Shown here one piece after another: positions 27,601 to 39,044 of a stretch of DNA of 64,000 nt. The position numbers and the translations under genes are program-made. Numbering within the stretch: the stretch's first letter is position 1; each line of letters begins with the position of its first letter. A model generated the notes under the pieces. It was given only the letters and a program-made list of their open reading frames with translations. It did no database searches and was not told the DNA's origin. The stretch is from Takakia lepidozioides (lineage: Eukaryota; Plantae; Bryophyta), in NCBI GenBank assembly GCA_030704615.1, contig CM060732.1, positions 16,926,001 to 16,990,000 on the forward strand. Reading direction: 5' to 3'.

Positions 27601-28567
27601 TGTTCACACTCCGTGATGACATCAGGTAAGACAGATTGTCCTGGGGAGTGAGACCTGCAGATGTGAAATGTGCACACTAACAATCACTGACTTCGTTTGT
27701 TCCAGGTCTGACACGCATGACACTCTAAGCTGCCAACGCTGTAAGACAGCGGATGAAGTTCAGATATCGTCAGGCTGTGATAGTAGCAGCAAACAATTCG
27801 CCTCAGCCACCGAGGCAGAAGACATCGGTCGATTCGCAGAAGTTGCTGGTTGTTTGGACAGGCTGATGCCATGGGAGAAACAGGTTTGTCAGTATTGCTG
27901 CAGCATGTGCGGTTGGCTTAGCATAATGCTTCCTCATTTTCTACAGCCGAAATTGACATACGCCACAATTTTTCTGGGTGATTCAGATTGGAACACCCTC
28001 CGAAGAAGACCTGCAGAGCTGGGGACATCATGCTAATGCGTGTACTATTCCAGATGCTATGCTCCAATTGGCCGCAGGCGGCCAGGTAGTCTAGCACTTT
28101 GATGGCCTTTCCTTGCATTTAGTCTGTGATGAGCTTCCTGTACTTGAGTTGCAGTCGGTTACAGTGGAGCGAAATTCCCTGGCATCTTGAATAGTGATTG
28201 TACGCTGCAGGTTTCATTCACCTTCACCTGTCAAATTGATGGCAAGCTCACTCCCATGGACTCGTTCGTACAATCTTCGCTCCCGTCCAGAGGGGTACCT
28301 GCTCGAGGGGAGCAACTGTTGCAAAGCAGCAGCCCTCCAGGCTTAACTGCAAACCCAAGCCTAAGGTGGAGGAACCCAAGTCACGGACGTGCTTCAGCTG
28401 ACAAGGGAAGTATAAGTGTACCCGCTGCTCACTCAATTAGGTTTCCTTCAGTCAATTGCAAGCGTGCCAAACTAGCCGTAGAGGAAATTAGAAATGCTCA
28501 TTCTTTGGCTTCATCTGCCACTGTCAGTTGCAATTCAGACACTAATTCAGATGATGATTTCGCGTAA
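21662..28567 (+). CDS. RAD54: DNA repair and recombination protein RAD54 (SWI2/SNF2 ATPase), about 20 exons; start codon uncertain
   Basis: Plant RAD54 N-terminus (NVAALLR|[35 protein letters not shown]), LRPHQR|[10 protein letters not shown], Walker [10 protein letters not shown]|[20 protein letters not shown]|[61 protein letters not shown]|VYQRQ, ending DDDFA-stop. Confidence 0.95.
23987..24028 (-). mobile_element. 42-bp extreme 3' end of the RTE/RTEX-like LINE with 7-bp TSD, in a RAD54 intron
   Basis: Reverse complement AATGGCCACAAGGCTACGGCAAACAACATCTTATGAGTACAT nearly equals 46289-46330. Flanked by GATAAGA at 23980-23986 and 24029-24035. Confidence 0.85.
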
Positions 28568-29809
28568 GTTGCTGCACACGGAGCCCATCTGATCTGTACA
28601 TACGTACATACAGCATACTTCCACAATCTTAGTAGACAACTGTCATCACCATCCTTGGAATGAGACCATTCCTCTCGATCAAACTGTCCATGAGAATTGA
28701 ATTACTCGACCAAGAAGACCATCTTCAAACAAGTAAAGGAAAAACCTTACTTTTGAGTTCAACCTTGGGTTTGAAAAGCATTGTAAAGCTACAAGCTTCT
28801 ATCCTGGTAGTGCAGAAATATAAAAATTTGTGCAATTCTCATAATCATTGCAAAAAAGTCCATGAAATATGTATTGTAAATTAATAAAATTGTCTGTGGT
28901 TCGAATCAAAACAGAGAAAATAACCATGGGAGGAGACATGAGCAATGGAAGCTACTTAACCCCTAATGGACGAGGCTGTTTTTGGTGGGCCCACTCCAAA
29001 ACAGCACATACCCTCACGGATGAGGGTATATCTCCCAGCTAAGAAACATCCACAGGGATGAACCGTATGAAAAGGACACTACCTACCTCATGCACCCGCT
29101 GTAAGACTTTCAGCCCATTTCACTCTGTCATTAGGAAGATTATAACAAAATGGTAAGCTCTAAATCTGTAGTGTATTCCAATTTTAGAGGGAAAAATTGG
29201 TTTGACCAGGCAGTTGGACCGAAAAAATATTTTTTCCTTGCAAGACCCCAACCACATTCCAATTCTCAAGCACCTAAAGCAACTTGCCCCAAATTTGCAA
29301 AGCAGAATTCCAAAATTTGCATAGGGTTCCTTTGTATGGGAAAACAGGGGGGTCAAAAAGCACTATTTGCTTCAATTGACCTGTAATTCAGCCATAGGGG
29401 TCGAAATTTTCATTGGAACCAGAATTCCAACGGTGGAATTGTTCCTCCTATGATTTCCTACTACCTCCAAAAAGAATTTCTGAATTCTAACCAAAATGCA
29501 GGCAAAGATTTCTAAGTAGGTGTATTTCTACTTGAATCCCAGCTCAGGCCATGTATTGCCTGAGCCGATAGACAATTCCGGCTACAGAAAGGGGGCTACG
29601 TCACCGATTGACACAGAAAACTCGGGGGACCCCAAAATCGACACCCAAAAAAGGGCCCGGGAATGCCCGACGTTTCGGCGTTCCACCCGACAGGCAACTG
29701 AAAAACTAACAACTACCAACCGTCACGAATGTGGCCCATCTGTGTTCAAGCTCCCCGTGAGCTCTTGCTTTTCCTTTGAATGTAGCGAACCCAAACCACA
29801 CACCACCCC

Positions 29810-30370
29810 GAAGACATGATCCACGAACTGGGGGGGAGTTGAACCCCCCGATCTGCCCAGTGTGCAGACAGTCCCCCCCCCCAAAACTGTGAAACCACCC
29901 AAACACAATGCACACACGCCAACACTGAAGGACCCCCATCACCTCCACAGCCCCTCAACCAGCAGCAGCAGATCCCCATCACCCCCACAGCCTGTGAACC
30001 ATCACCAGCCCTTCCCCCATCATCAAAATAACCCACAATGAGCAAGCAGCAGACCCCCATGACCCCCCACTCCCAAAACTGCCCATCAACCAGCAGCAGC
30101 ATGACCCCCACACCCCTCCACTGCCATTGAACGTCACCACCAGCCCCCCATGACCCCCACTGCCCATCAACCAGCATGGACACACACAACCCCCAACCTG
30201 AGAAGAACCCATACCCACCACAGATCAGAGATACCACACCCCACGCCCCACGCACACACGCCATCCACAGCCTCCAGCATACCTGCATGCAGTCCCACAC
30301 CCTGGTGAACCCCCAACCACACAAACATATGCCCACACAAACATATGCACACACAAAGAAAGAAGACAGT
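29810..30370. repeat. C/A-rich low-complexity tract inside the piggyBac element
   Basis: Strong strand skew with recurring CAACCAGCAGCAGCA, TGCCCATCAACCAGCA and CCCCCATGACCCCC modules. Confidence 0.7.
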
Positions 30371-32675
30371 GCAACAAGCCAGAATTCAGACACCTCAAGG
30401 CATGCCGGTGTGCCTCATTCCAACACCGCCCAAGGCACAAGTGGTTGCCATCGTAGCCAGGGCAGTAATGGTGAGTACGAACATGGCACATAACACACAC
30501 TCGCTGCCGTGTGGTGTGAAGGCACTGATGCACAAACGTGCATTCTGAATCCCCCGTGGTGTCAATGTTGTCAGTGCAACAACCCCTTGTCAAACCATAT
30601 GTCACAGCTAGATTGAATTGTAGATGGGTCATGGCCCGACGCCCCCTCCTTCTCTCCATTGCAGAATGCAAGATATACGCATTCACTAGCGTGGTATCCA
30701 TAAGAAAAAAAAAACAGACGATGCCACCACTTCTGTGTGCGCAGCTGCAAGCTGTACGCACCCCTAAGCTGGTCCTGCACATCCACCCCTCGCATGTACG
30801 TTTGGTATTGCACATGTGCAGGTACGGATGGCACATGCACTCTCTGGTTTCCCACAAAACGGCGTACAGTCACAGGAGAGGAAGGGCTGCAAGCTGGCCT
30901 AGCTGCAGATGACAGTAAGAATACACCGTCTTGTCCCACCACAACACAGCAGCCACCTCCCTGGACTCATGCATCCTGTACCATGACTGCCCTTGCTTGG
31001 CAGTCTTGGATTTTTTCATTTTCAGCAAAGAGGGAGGGAGACCCTTTCTGTTCATTCTTACCGTGCCAGTGGCCCAAGTGCCAAGTTTGGCCATGTCATA
31101 TAGAAGCTGGACCCCTGTAAAGTAATTATCAGTCACAATGACATGCCCCAAACCATGCAGCCCGTCGGCCAGCCGGGTGACCACATCATAACCTTCTCCC
31201 TTCCCACTTTTCTGCCTCTCGCCATCTGGCCCTCCTGCATTCTTACCAACATACACTGAAAAGTCGTAGACATATGAAGTCTCCGAGTTAGCCAAGGCCC
31301 ACACCTTGATGCCCCATTTGCATGGTTTCTTAGGCATATACATCATAATTGGGGAGTACTTCCCCTTGTAACGGATCATCACCTCGTCGACAGTCACCAT
31401 TTTGTTCAGATTCCAGAGACTTTTACACCTATCCACAATCTCCTCACACACCCACCTAAGCTTTCCGAGCTTATCATAATTCCGACTCTTACGATCTGCC
31501 ACCAACGTGGCGTTGTCAACAAGATGCAAACAACGGAGTATGGCCTCATGTCTATCTCGAGTCATCACTTTGCGGATGACAGGACAAGCGAAGAATGTCT
31601 CCGAGTGTTGCCAGTAAAATCGTGTTCGGGGCAACTTCTTCATGCCCATGAAGATACAGACTCCAATCCAAGCCCTGAGCTCAGGAACAGTGAGCTCTTT
31701 CCACCGAGGCCCCCACGAGTGCCCGTACCGAAAGGTTCAGCAGCATAACGATTGGACTCCCTACATATTCGCCCAAGCACTTGTCGCCTCCAAAACAAAA
31801 ACAAAAAAAACCAAATCGGATGTGAGCCCTTCATCTCAGGCAGACAGGGACCAGGTTGAGGGCCAAAAAATGCAGCTCTATCACTCACAAAGTCAGAGCC
31901 TGCGTTGGTTTCCCACGTCTTCGCCTTGAACATCTCCACAAAATCGGCCGAGATTTCCTCATTACACTCCATATCAACCACCTCGTTTTCCCAGTCTGCT
32001 TCGTCAGCAGAGTCGCCCATGTACCCATCGTCACCCTCAAAATCCTCGTCCATGTCGGAGGAGGCCTCATCGTGGCCCAAAACAGGATTAGAAGACCCCT
32101 CACCAAAAGGAACCAGTGCACCAGTGTTGGGATGCATGTCCCCCAAAGCAGCCCAACCGACGGCAAGCGTGCTCCCAGTACCCAGAGGCCCGCCAACACA
32201 TCCCACAACACCGGAATTCACCACTCCCTTATTTTTTTTCCTCACCACACCTTTGGGAGGTGCTGTCACACTTGCAGGAACCGACCTCTTTGCACGAGCC
32301 AACTCCTTTAGACGCCTGACTGTCGGCATCGGGCCAGACATCATCTCTCAAAACAGAATTCACAGCGTCACTGAACCCCTCCTTATCACCTTCCTCTCTT
32401 CTCTCTCTCCAACCAAGAACTAGAGCCACCTGGCGTCTAAACAGAAAGCGAAAATTGTGAAGACGAGGGTGGCGAGGCCAACGATTGGCGAACGGCGGTG
32501 GAGGCAAACTACAGAGGAAGACAGGAGACAAAACACCCAGTATTACCTTGCACTGCTCGGGAGTGCAGTGCTGCTCCTCAAGCGCCCACTCCTTTATAAC
32601 CTCCGCGACAGCTGCAAGCTCGGGTGGGGGCGACGGTGGCTCAGGCACAGGAGCGTCCTTCCTCTTTGGTGCCAT
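30225..32675 (-). pseudogene. piggyBac (DDE_Tnp_1_7-type) transposase, frameshifted
   Basis: Consecutive minus-strand ORFs give MTRDR..ILRCLHLVDN, YDKLGKLR, VTVDE, YMPKKPCKWGIKVW, IVTDNYFT, ATGTVRMNRKGLP, WWDK, YQTYMRGVDVQDQL, KWWHRLFFF, LVNAYILH and a C-terminal Cys-rich domain (CVMC..HYCP..LCLGRCWNEAH). At least three frame breaks. Probable intron near 32430-32546. The true stop position is uncertain. Confidence 0.92.
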
Positions 32676-34685
32676 ACAAATCCGTGAGATCGACAGAGAT
32701 CACAGGAAATGAATGCAAGCCCTCACGATGAATCAATGTAGATGGCCCATCTTCCCCAAGCACAGGAAGGAAGGATGTACCTCGGCGAATTTCGCAAACT
32801 CTCCAAAACCAGCTGCAAAATGAAACCCCAACACACCACGCTCCCCTGCAGCCATCCCCTACCACACAAAACACAGAGCCCAAATGCAAAAGCATTTCAC
32901 AAAACGACATGCAAGAAAAAATGACAACTTGCATTACAATGAAAATTCGGCAGAGCACTAGAATCTAAACGCCAAACACTCAGCCCTAACAGCTACGTAA
33001 ATGCAATCACACCCCCGAGCTCTAATGTCTAGAACACACAGCAGGAAACGGAACAGCTCCCGCCGCTTCGAGCCTGGGAGAGGTAAGTCGTCATGACCCA
33101 AAAATGAAGCCCAGAAATACACCCCCCTACGAAGCGAATGCGGGCGATCCACGGAAGATCAAGCAAAACATGCACACAAAAGCGCCAAGGAAATGCGAGA
33201 GGGGCCACGATTTGCAAGCTCCAGGAACCCAGACTCTGTGCGCGCGAAGAGAGAGCTCGTTCCACGCTGCCGCCACCCATCACTGGCCACAGGGGGCATC
33301 CCATGTCGCACGGGCGGACATGCCAACCCTGCATGCACCCGATCGCCGGCATCGGGCCACCGATGCCCATTTTGCCTGCCACGTGGCTAGGTCAAAGCCC
33401 GTGGAGGGCCAGAAACCATTGGATTTTGGGTGCTCATCATCACTTCAAAAAATCCTGACGGCGCAGGATTTGTCCAATTAGGGTGCAATAAATTCTGTCC
33501 GGCGCAGAATCTCAAGGGCTACAACTTTTGTTCAGGGCCCATCTTCATCCAGATTCATCCAAGGGGCCCACTGACGGTCGAAATATCCAATCGACCCGAA
33601 TCAGGTCGACTCGTCCATTAGGGGTTAATTAAGAGCAAAATCTTCTCTGCATTATCATTGCATTGCTCACAAAAAAGGCTCTGAAGAGTGAAATACTATC
33701 ATATAGCGCTTCAAACGGAATCTTCGAACATTTACTTTCAAATCTCAATTTTTCTCGTGTGCCAATTAACATCCAATTCATCGTAGCCAAAGAGGGAAGC
33801 TGCTCGATCCAGACTGCGCACTAATCGGAAGATTGAACGGCAAAAACTCCTCGTCCCCCAGGAGTCGTCAAAAGTCAAGAGTAGTTGTCTGTTTCTGCAT
33901 GCTAAACATTTGCATACTAAGCAGCTAGTATCGCTGTGAAAGAGAGTAGAGAGACATACCAGTGCTTCTGGTGTGCATGTTAATTGAACAAGATCTTCAC
34001 ACATAAGAATGACAGTCCTTCTTCGAGAACACAGTAGATCGGACAGTTCCATTTGAATTAAGTAACCCACACTTTTTGACTAGCATCCCAATGTCGCGGT
34101 GTCCGAGAGTTTTGGTCCACTTAGCTCGAGCTTTGATCTCCTAGAGAATCATCATGTCCACAATGTTTAATATGTACAATTCTAGTCACGACTCACTGAG
34201 GCTTGTGTTTCCGGTTATCATTGTGACAATATCATGAATGTCCTTTTACACTCTTTTGATGGGAGTCTGAACGTAAAGGCCTTGGGTTAACAATGAATGA
34301 ATTCAAGGAAAGGAATTGCCAGACTATGCTCTCGGTACAAGTCCTTCAGCTTGCATGTTACTTCCACAAAATCCAACCACTGCACGTGTCAAGCATGTCT
34401 GGGTTGCAGATATACCTCCACCTCATTTGCGAAGATTTGCAAAACTTACAGTGCATTGAGGATCTCCGAAAAGAGGTTTTGCTGGCCAAAGGGAAAGAAA
34501 GAACAATGGAGTGCTTTACACATTTTTTCTAGGCTGCTTATTTGGGGTCCATTCACAATATTGGAAGCTTGAACTTCTCGTTGATCCCAGCAGAGTTCAC
34601 GCCTGAAATTGAGTGCCCAGGCAAGAAGAATGAGCTTAAGAAGCTTCGTTTGCTTGAAACATGGAAGTGTCCCCTTTAATCTTAA

Positions 34686-35480
34686 CCCCTAAAGGACGAC
34701 GCGACCCGATTTGGGTCGCGTCAGATTACTTGCCACGCTCCAATTCCCATGGATGATTTTGGATGGAAGTGAACCTTGAAGATGAATTGTACATGTCAGA
34801 GAGGATCACACGTGGGAATTTACAGCGCCAAAAAATCATAAAAGCTCTGCTCCCTAGAATTTTGCAAAGTGTCAGGGTTTCATGAAATCCAGTGTTAGAT
34901 AACCATTGACCTGCCTACGTGGCAGCCAAATGGGCAATTTTCAAGATAACATCTAGGGCTGAAAATTTATCATAATGCCAAAAATTTTGGACAAGGCACC
35001 ATGAAATATTACTGTGCACTTACTTACCAGAGGAATCGGAAAACAAATGTCACCTCATGGGTGTACTTGGGAAAGAAGCCAAAACAAGATTTTTTACCCT
35101 CCAGATTTCACATACAAAGCAGCCCCCCCATATTTTTGGCATTTTGGTCTGAGATGACCTGTTGGTTGCCCCTTATCCGGATTCTGGAGGCCATTTCTTC
35201 AAGAAAAAATGTAAAATCACCAAACTTGCATGGTCAAAGCAAATTTTCCTCTTTTTTTTTGTTCATGGTTTCATCCTGTTCAATTTTCTTTTGTTATAAT
35301 CTACTAAATGGAACGGTCAAAAGTGCTACAATTTTCTGAGGACCTTCATGTAGTAGGTAGGGATGAAATGGAACGGTTCATCCAGCTAGATGTAAGGGGG
35401 TAGGAAGTTACAGCTCAGCAATGGAGGGTATGGCCCACTTTTTGGGAAAACTCCCAAAAGTTAGCTCGTCCTTTTAGGGG
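34686..35480 (+). mobile_element. Non-autonomous piggyBac-like element (795 bp)
   Basis: TTAA-CCCCTAAAGGACGA ... TCGTCCTTTTAGGGG-TTAA, with no ORF. Both subtermini share colinear blocks with the 28960-33624 element in inverted orientation (TTGACCT..ACGTGGCAG.CAAA.TGGGCA; CATACCCTC, GGATGAACCGT, AGATTATAACAAAA). Confidence 0.9.
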
Positions 35481-37611
35481 TTAAAGTGATCAATTGATGA
35501 AGTCATGTATCTAGTGACAAACTTAGAACGTCAGAACGTCAGAACGATGCGCTCGACAACACAATTCCTGCACGTGACCAACGGGGCTTTTTGAGTCTAA
35601 CGAGCGTGGACACGAGAAGTACGATGAGCGGCGTCGCCGCCAGACCTCGGCAAGGCGTGCAGCGCCACCAACTTAGTGGAGGTGTTGGCAGTAGCGACAG
35701 GGGTAGCAGCGCTAAGCGAGCAAGCGGCCGTTGTGCAACAGTGGGCCCCACGCCGGTCAGGCGGCCTCGATCGGCTCGTCCCCCAGCTCGTTCAGCCCCG
35801 ACGCCGTACAAGCAGCCAACTCCAGCCCTCACCACAACCCCTTTACTGCCTACTCCACCATCCCTGGCAGTTCGCTCCCCAGAGCAACGAGAGGTGCTGA
35901 ACACAGCCGCAACTGCTCCTACTGGAAGACTTGCTTCTTGGAAGACCCAACGCCAACGTACCCCTACCCCTAGCTCACATGTTCCTGATGCGCACCAAAG
36001 TCCAAGCTCCAGACACCAAGTTCAAGAAGAGTTGTCATCTTCACAACGGTCTTCTCCACCGCTGATTCCAGGTTCTTCCATTGGCGCCCCCCCGACCGAA
36101 GAACTCCCACAGTGTCTGTTGAACCCCCCCCGCTGCGCCTCTCAGGTAGGGTTCGAGGTCCCACGTCAGTCACTTCTCCTCCAGGTTCTCCATCCCATTC
36201 TCGGCAGCGGCTTCAAGGCAGCCCAACTCCTCTTGGTCATGAGCCTCTCCACATGCCTTCTTCTCCAGTTGTGCAGCCTGCATTGCCGACCCCATCACTC
36301 TTACCCCAACAGCAGGCGCCTCTCCCATCAGACCGTACCCCATGCCCAGCTTGCGGTCGTCTTTTTGCGCGCATCAGAGGGCTTGCGCGACACCAGCGCA
36401 CGTGTGCGGTTCTTCATCAGTCCCACACAAATGGTACTTCTCCATTTCAGCCCAGTGTCTTGCACGCGCCACCTCCTGCCTCTGCTTGGCATTGGCTTTC
36501 AGCGCTAGATGTTCTGGGCGCATTTCAGCTAGGACTGCCAAGGCCTCATTTTTATACAAGAATTCCGGTGGCACTACGTCATGAGGTCCAACTGGCACTC
36601 CGTCTACCCTTAGACAGGCTGGCTCGTGATCCAGCTTGGTATCTTTTTCTTGTTATTTCCTCAGTGGTGTTTGATTTTGCCCCCTCGTGGCGGTCAGTCA
36701 GGGCACAGAGAGACGCGCATCCGTCTTCGCCGTTTTTTATCTGGAGATTGGGAGAGTCTGCAAGATGAGCATCAATTACGGGCACTAGCCCTTGCGGCAC
36801 GCGCCCCTCCCGCTTCCTCCACGCAGCCACCCTCATCGGCCCACAGGCGACTTCGTCATAGTCTCATGTTAGGCCGCGTTGGCGAGTACTCACGCGCGGC
36901 CAAGGCTTTAGCACCTTCCTCACCAGTGCCTCCATCACCGGATACTATCACTGCCCTCGAAGCCCTTCACCCATCAGCTCAGGATATTCTGCCACTTTTT
37001 GTTGAGGACTTCGAGCCAGACCAGGATCTCAAGCTAGATCGGGAGGTCTTCACTCAGGCCTTCACGCGTAATCCCCATCTTGCAGCGGCAGGTCCTTCCG
37101 GTCTCCTGTATGAGCACTTACGCGACTGTTTCTCTCCACAGGACTCTGCTAGTGGCTTCTCTCAGCTATTTCAGATTTGCTCCTTTATTGTTGTTGGCCT
37201 TATCCCTGCCCCAGTGGCCCGTCTCCTTGGGGCCTCCAGATTGTTGGCTATGAGCAAACCCTCAGGTACTCGCATCCGCCCTATCGCAGTTGGAGAGGTT
37301 CTTTACCGCCTTGTTAGCCGCTCACTTTGTCTTCAGTTTCGAGATGCCTTCTCCGGACACCTCTTTCCGCACCAGTTTGGGGTCGCCACTCCAGGCGGTT
37401 GCGAGGCGGTGGTTCAGGGGATTTGTGCAGCTCTTGATCTTCAGCGCTGCGTCTGTCTTCAGCTCATCGATGACCTTACCATCCATCTCCTCCGCTGTCC
37501 ATGTGGTGATGAGCGCACTGCGTCTCATGATATGGTTCGCGATGCGGTGACATCTATTGCTCGGGAGGCAGGGTATCATGTAATGCGTGAGCAACCACAT
37601 CTACGACCCAC

Positions 37612-37807
37612 GCTTACGTCCCACTCTACACGCCGCCGTGTTGATATCGTCCTATCTATAGATGGTTTGCGTACCTTAGCAGATGTCGTTCTCGCCGACC
37701 CCACTTGAGCTTACGTCCCACTCTACACGTCGCCGTGTTGATATCGTCCTATCTATAGATGGTTTGCGTACCTTAGCAGATGTCGTTCTTGCCGACCCCA
37801 CTTGAGC
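37612..37807 (+). repeat. 97-bp tandem duplication within the endonuclease region
   Basis: 37612-37708 is repeated at 37709-37805, with two C/T differences and GC microhomology at the junction. Confidence 0.95.
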
Positions 37808-38208
37808 GGATCTGCTATCTCGTGCAGCTACCACACCAGGCACGGCAGCCACTGTAGCAGCCCAGGCCAAGGAGCGTGACTACAGCGATCGTCACCCCAC
37901 CGACACATTTCTTCCACTGGCGGTCGAAATATTTGGCTCATTGCACCGGCACTTCGACGATTTCCTGTGGACATATGCACATCATGCAGCCAAGAGCGGG
38001 TCCACTGGCATCCCACATGCCTCCGTCCTTGTCGCCTACTATCGACAACGTGTTTCAGTTCCTTTGCAAAGAGCACAAGCCATCTCTATTTTGCATCGGG
38101 CTAATGTGGCTAGCTCCGCGTCATCTCGTCTTCCGCCTCCGCCTGACACTTTGCCTATCTCCTTGCCTCATCTCCTCCAAGGTATTGGCTGGGAGGGTCG
38201 CTCTGCTT

Positions 38209-38310
38209 GAGTAGTTTACTATAGCTTCTGTTTTCATCGCTGGTTGAGTAGCTTACTATAGCTTTTGCTTTTTTCTCTAGCTGAGTAGTTTACTATAGCT
38301 TTTTGTTTTC
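38209..38310 (+). repeat. Three 37-bp-period tandem repeats at the 3' end of the CRE-like element
   Basis: GAGTAG(T/C)TTACTATAGCTT at 38209, 38246 and 38283. Confidence 0.9.
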
Positions 38311-39044
38311 TTCTCTTGTTTCTTGTTCCTCCCCCCCCATTTTGGGAACTTCACATCATATGCACGTTCACCCATTGTACATGTTGTAAATAAAGTCTTA
38401 CAGGGTTTCATCATTACCAGTGCCACTTGAGACATTGCAATTGCCATGGTTTGCGCCGCTGCATTGCGCGTACAAGTCCAGTTCTAAACGATAGCCTGGC
38501 AGCACACACTGTGACAGTTAACGATAATTAGAGATAATTAGTTAGTCAAATGATGCTTTGAAGGTCTATAATTTTCTTCGTTCGATTACGAAGTGAAGTA
38601 TAGGAGTAGGCCTAGTGACTTTGGTATTTGCCACTATTTGGTACCACTCTAGGCGGCTAGTATTGTGCAGTACTCCAGTGTAGAAAATTCCATTTGAACT
38701 ATGTAATTGCTGCCAGCTGACGAAGTATATTCTCTTGAACAATCTCAGACTGCAAGTGCCCAGAGCCATGTAAATCGTCATTGAAGGAAACGATCATAAA
38801 TTGTTATGTACAATGCCAGAGAATGATCTGCAGGCATAGCATAATTGGCTGTGAGGGAGTTGTATGTACACAATTATTCGACATGACCTGTCATAGGACC
38901 TCTGCAACCTGCAGTTACAACTCTAATGAAGTTCGCAAAACAGAACTTGTTTCAAGGGAGAGACTAAGTACGCTGTTAGCAAGTATGTGATGGATTGTCG
39001 GTAGACCTACTCTGCTCTGATATAAATTGAAGCAGCCTGGCAGT

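Larger units (their letters stand above)
28960..33624 (-). mobile_element. Full-length piggyBac-superfamily DNA transposon (4665 bp)
   Basis: Perfect 15-bp TIRs CCCCTAATGGACGAG (28960-28974) and CTCGTCCATTAGGGG (33610-33624), each flanked by TTAA (28956-28959, 33625-33628). Encloses a piggyBac transposase. Confidence 0.95.
35530..38340 (+). mobile_element. CRE-like non-LTR retrotransposon with restriction-like endonuclease, internally deleted
   Basis: N-terminal zinc finger CPACGRLFARIRGLARHQRTC. Early RT motifs AAGPSG..YEHL, RIRPIAVGEVLYRL, QFGVATPGGCEAVV. Then an abrupt jump (about 37441) to a CCHC knuckle CVC..HLLRC, RTASHD, RRRVD, LADV, AKERDY, FLPLAVEIFG. The catalytic YxDD region is missing. 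Boundaries approximate. Confidence 0.8.

Noticed and set aside
29746-30493. Long ORFs on both strands in the C-rich tract, and antisense ORFs such as 21499-22218 and 45548-46135
   Set aside because: Low-complexity or shadow frames opposite real coding sequence, with no recognisable domain.
21662-33624. SNF2 ATPase-piggyBac fusion analogous to primate CSB-PGBD3
   Set aside because: The transposon lies about 390 bp beyond the RAD54 stop, on the opposite strand, and is frameshifted. No exon-trap geometry.
34290-34670. Coding-like fragment between the two piggyBac elements
   Set aside because: No recognisable motif; too short and broken to call.
38209-38310. CRISPR-like repeat-spacer array
   Set aside because: Eukaryotic context, three units, short related T-rich spacers and no cas genes.
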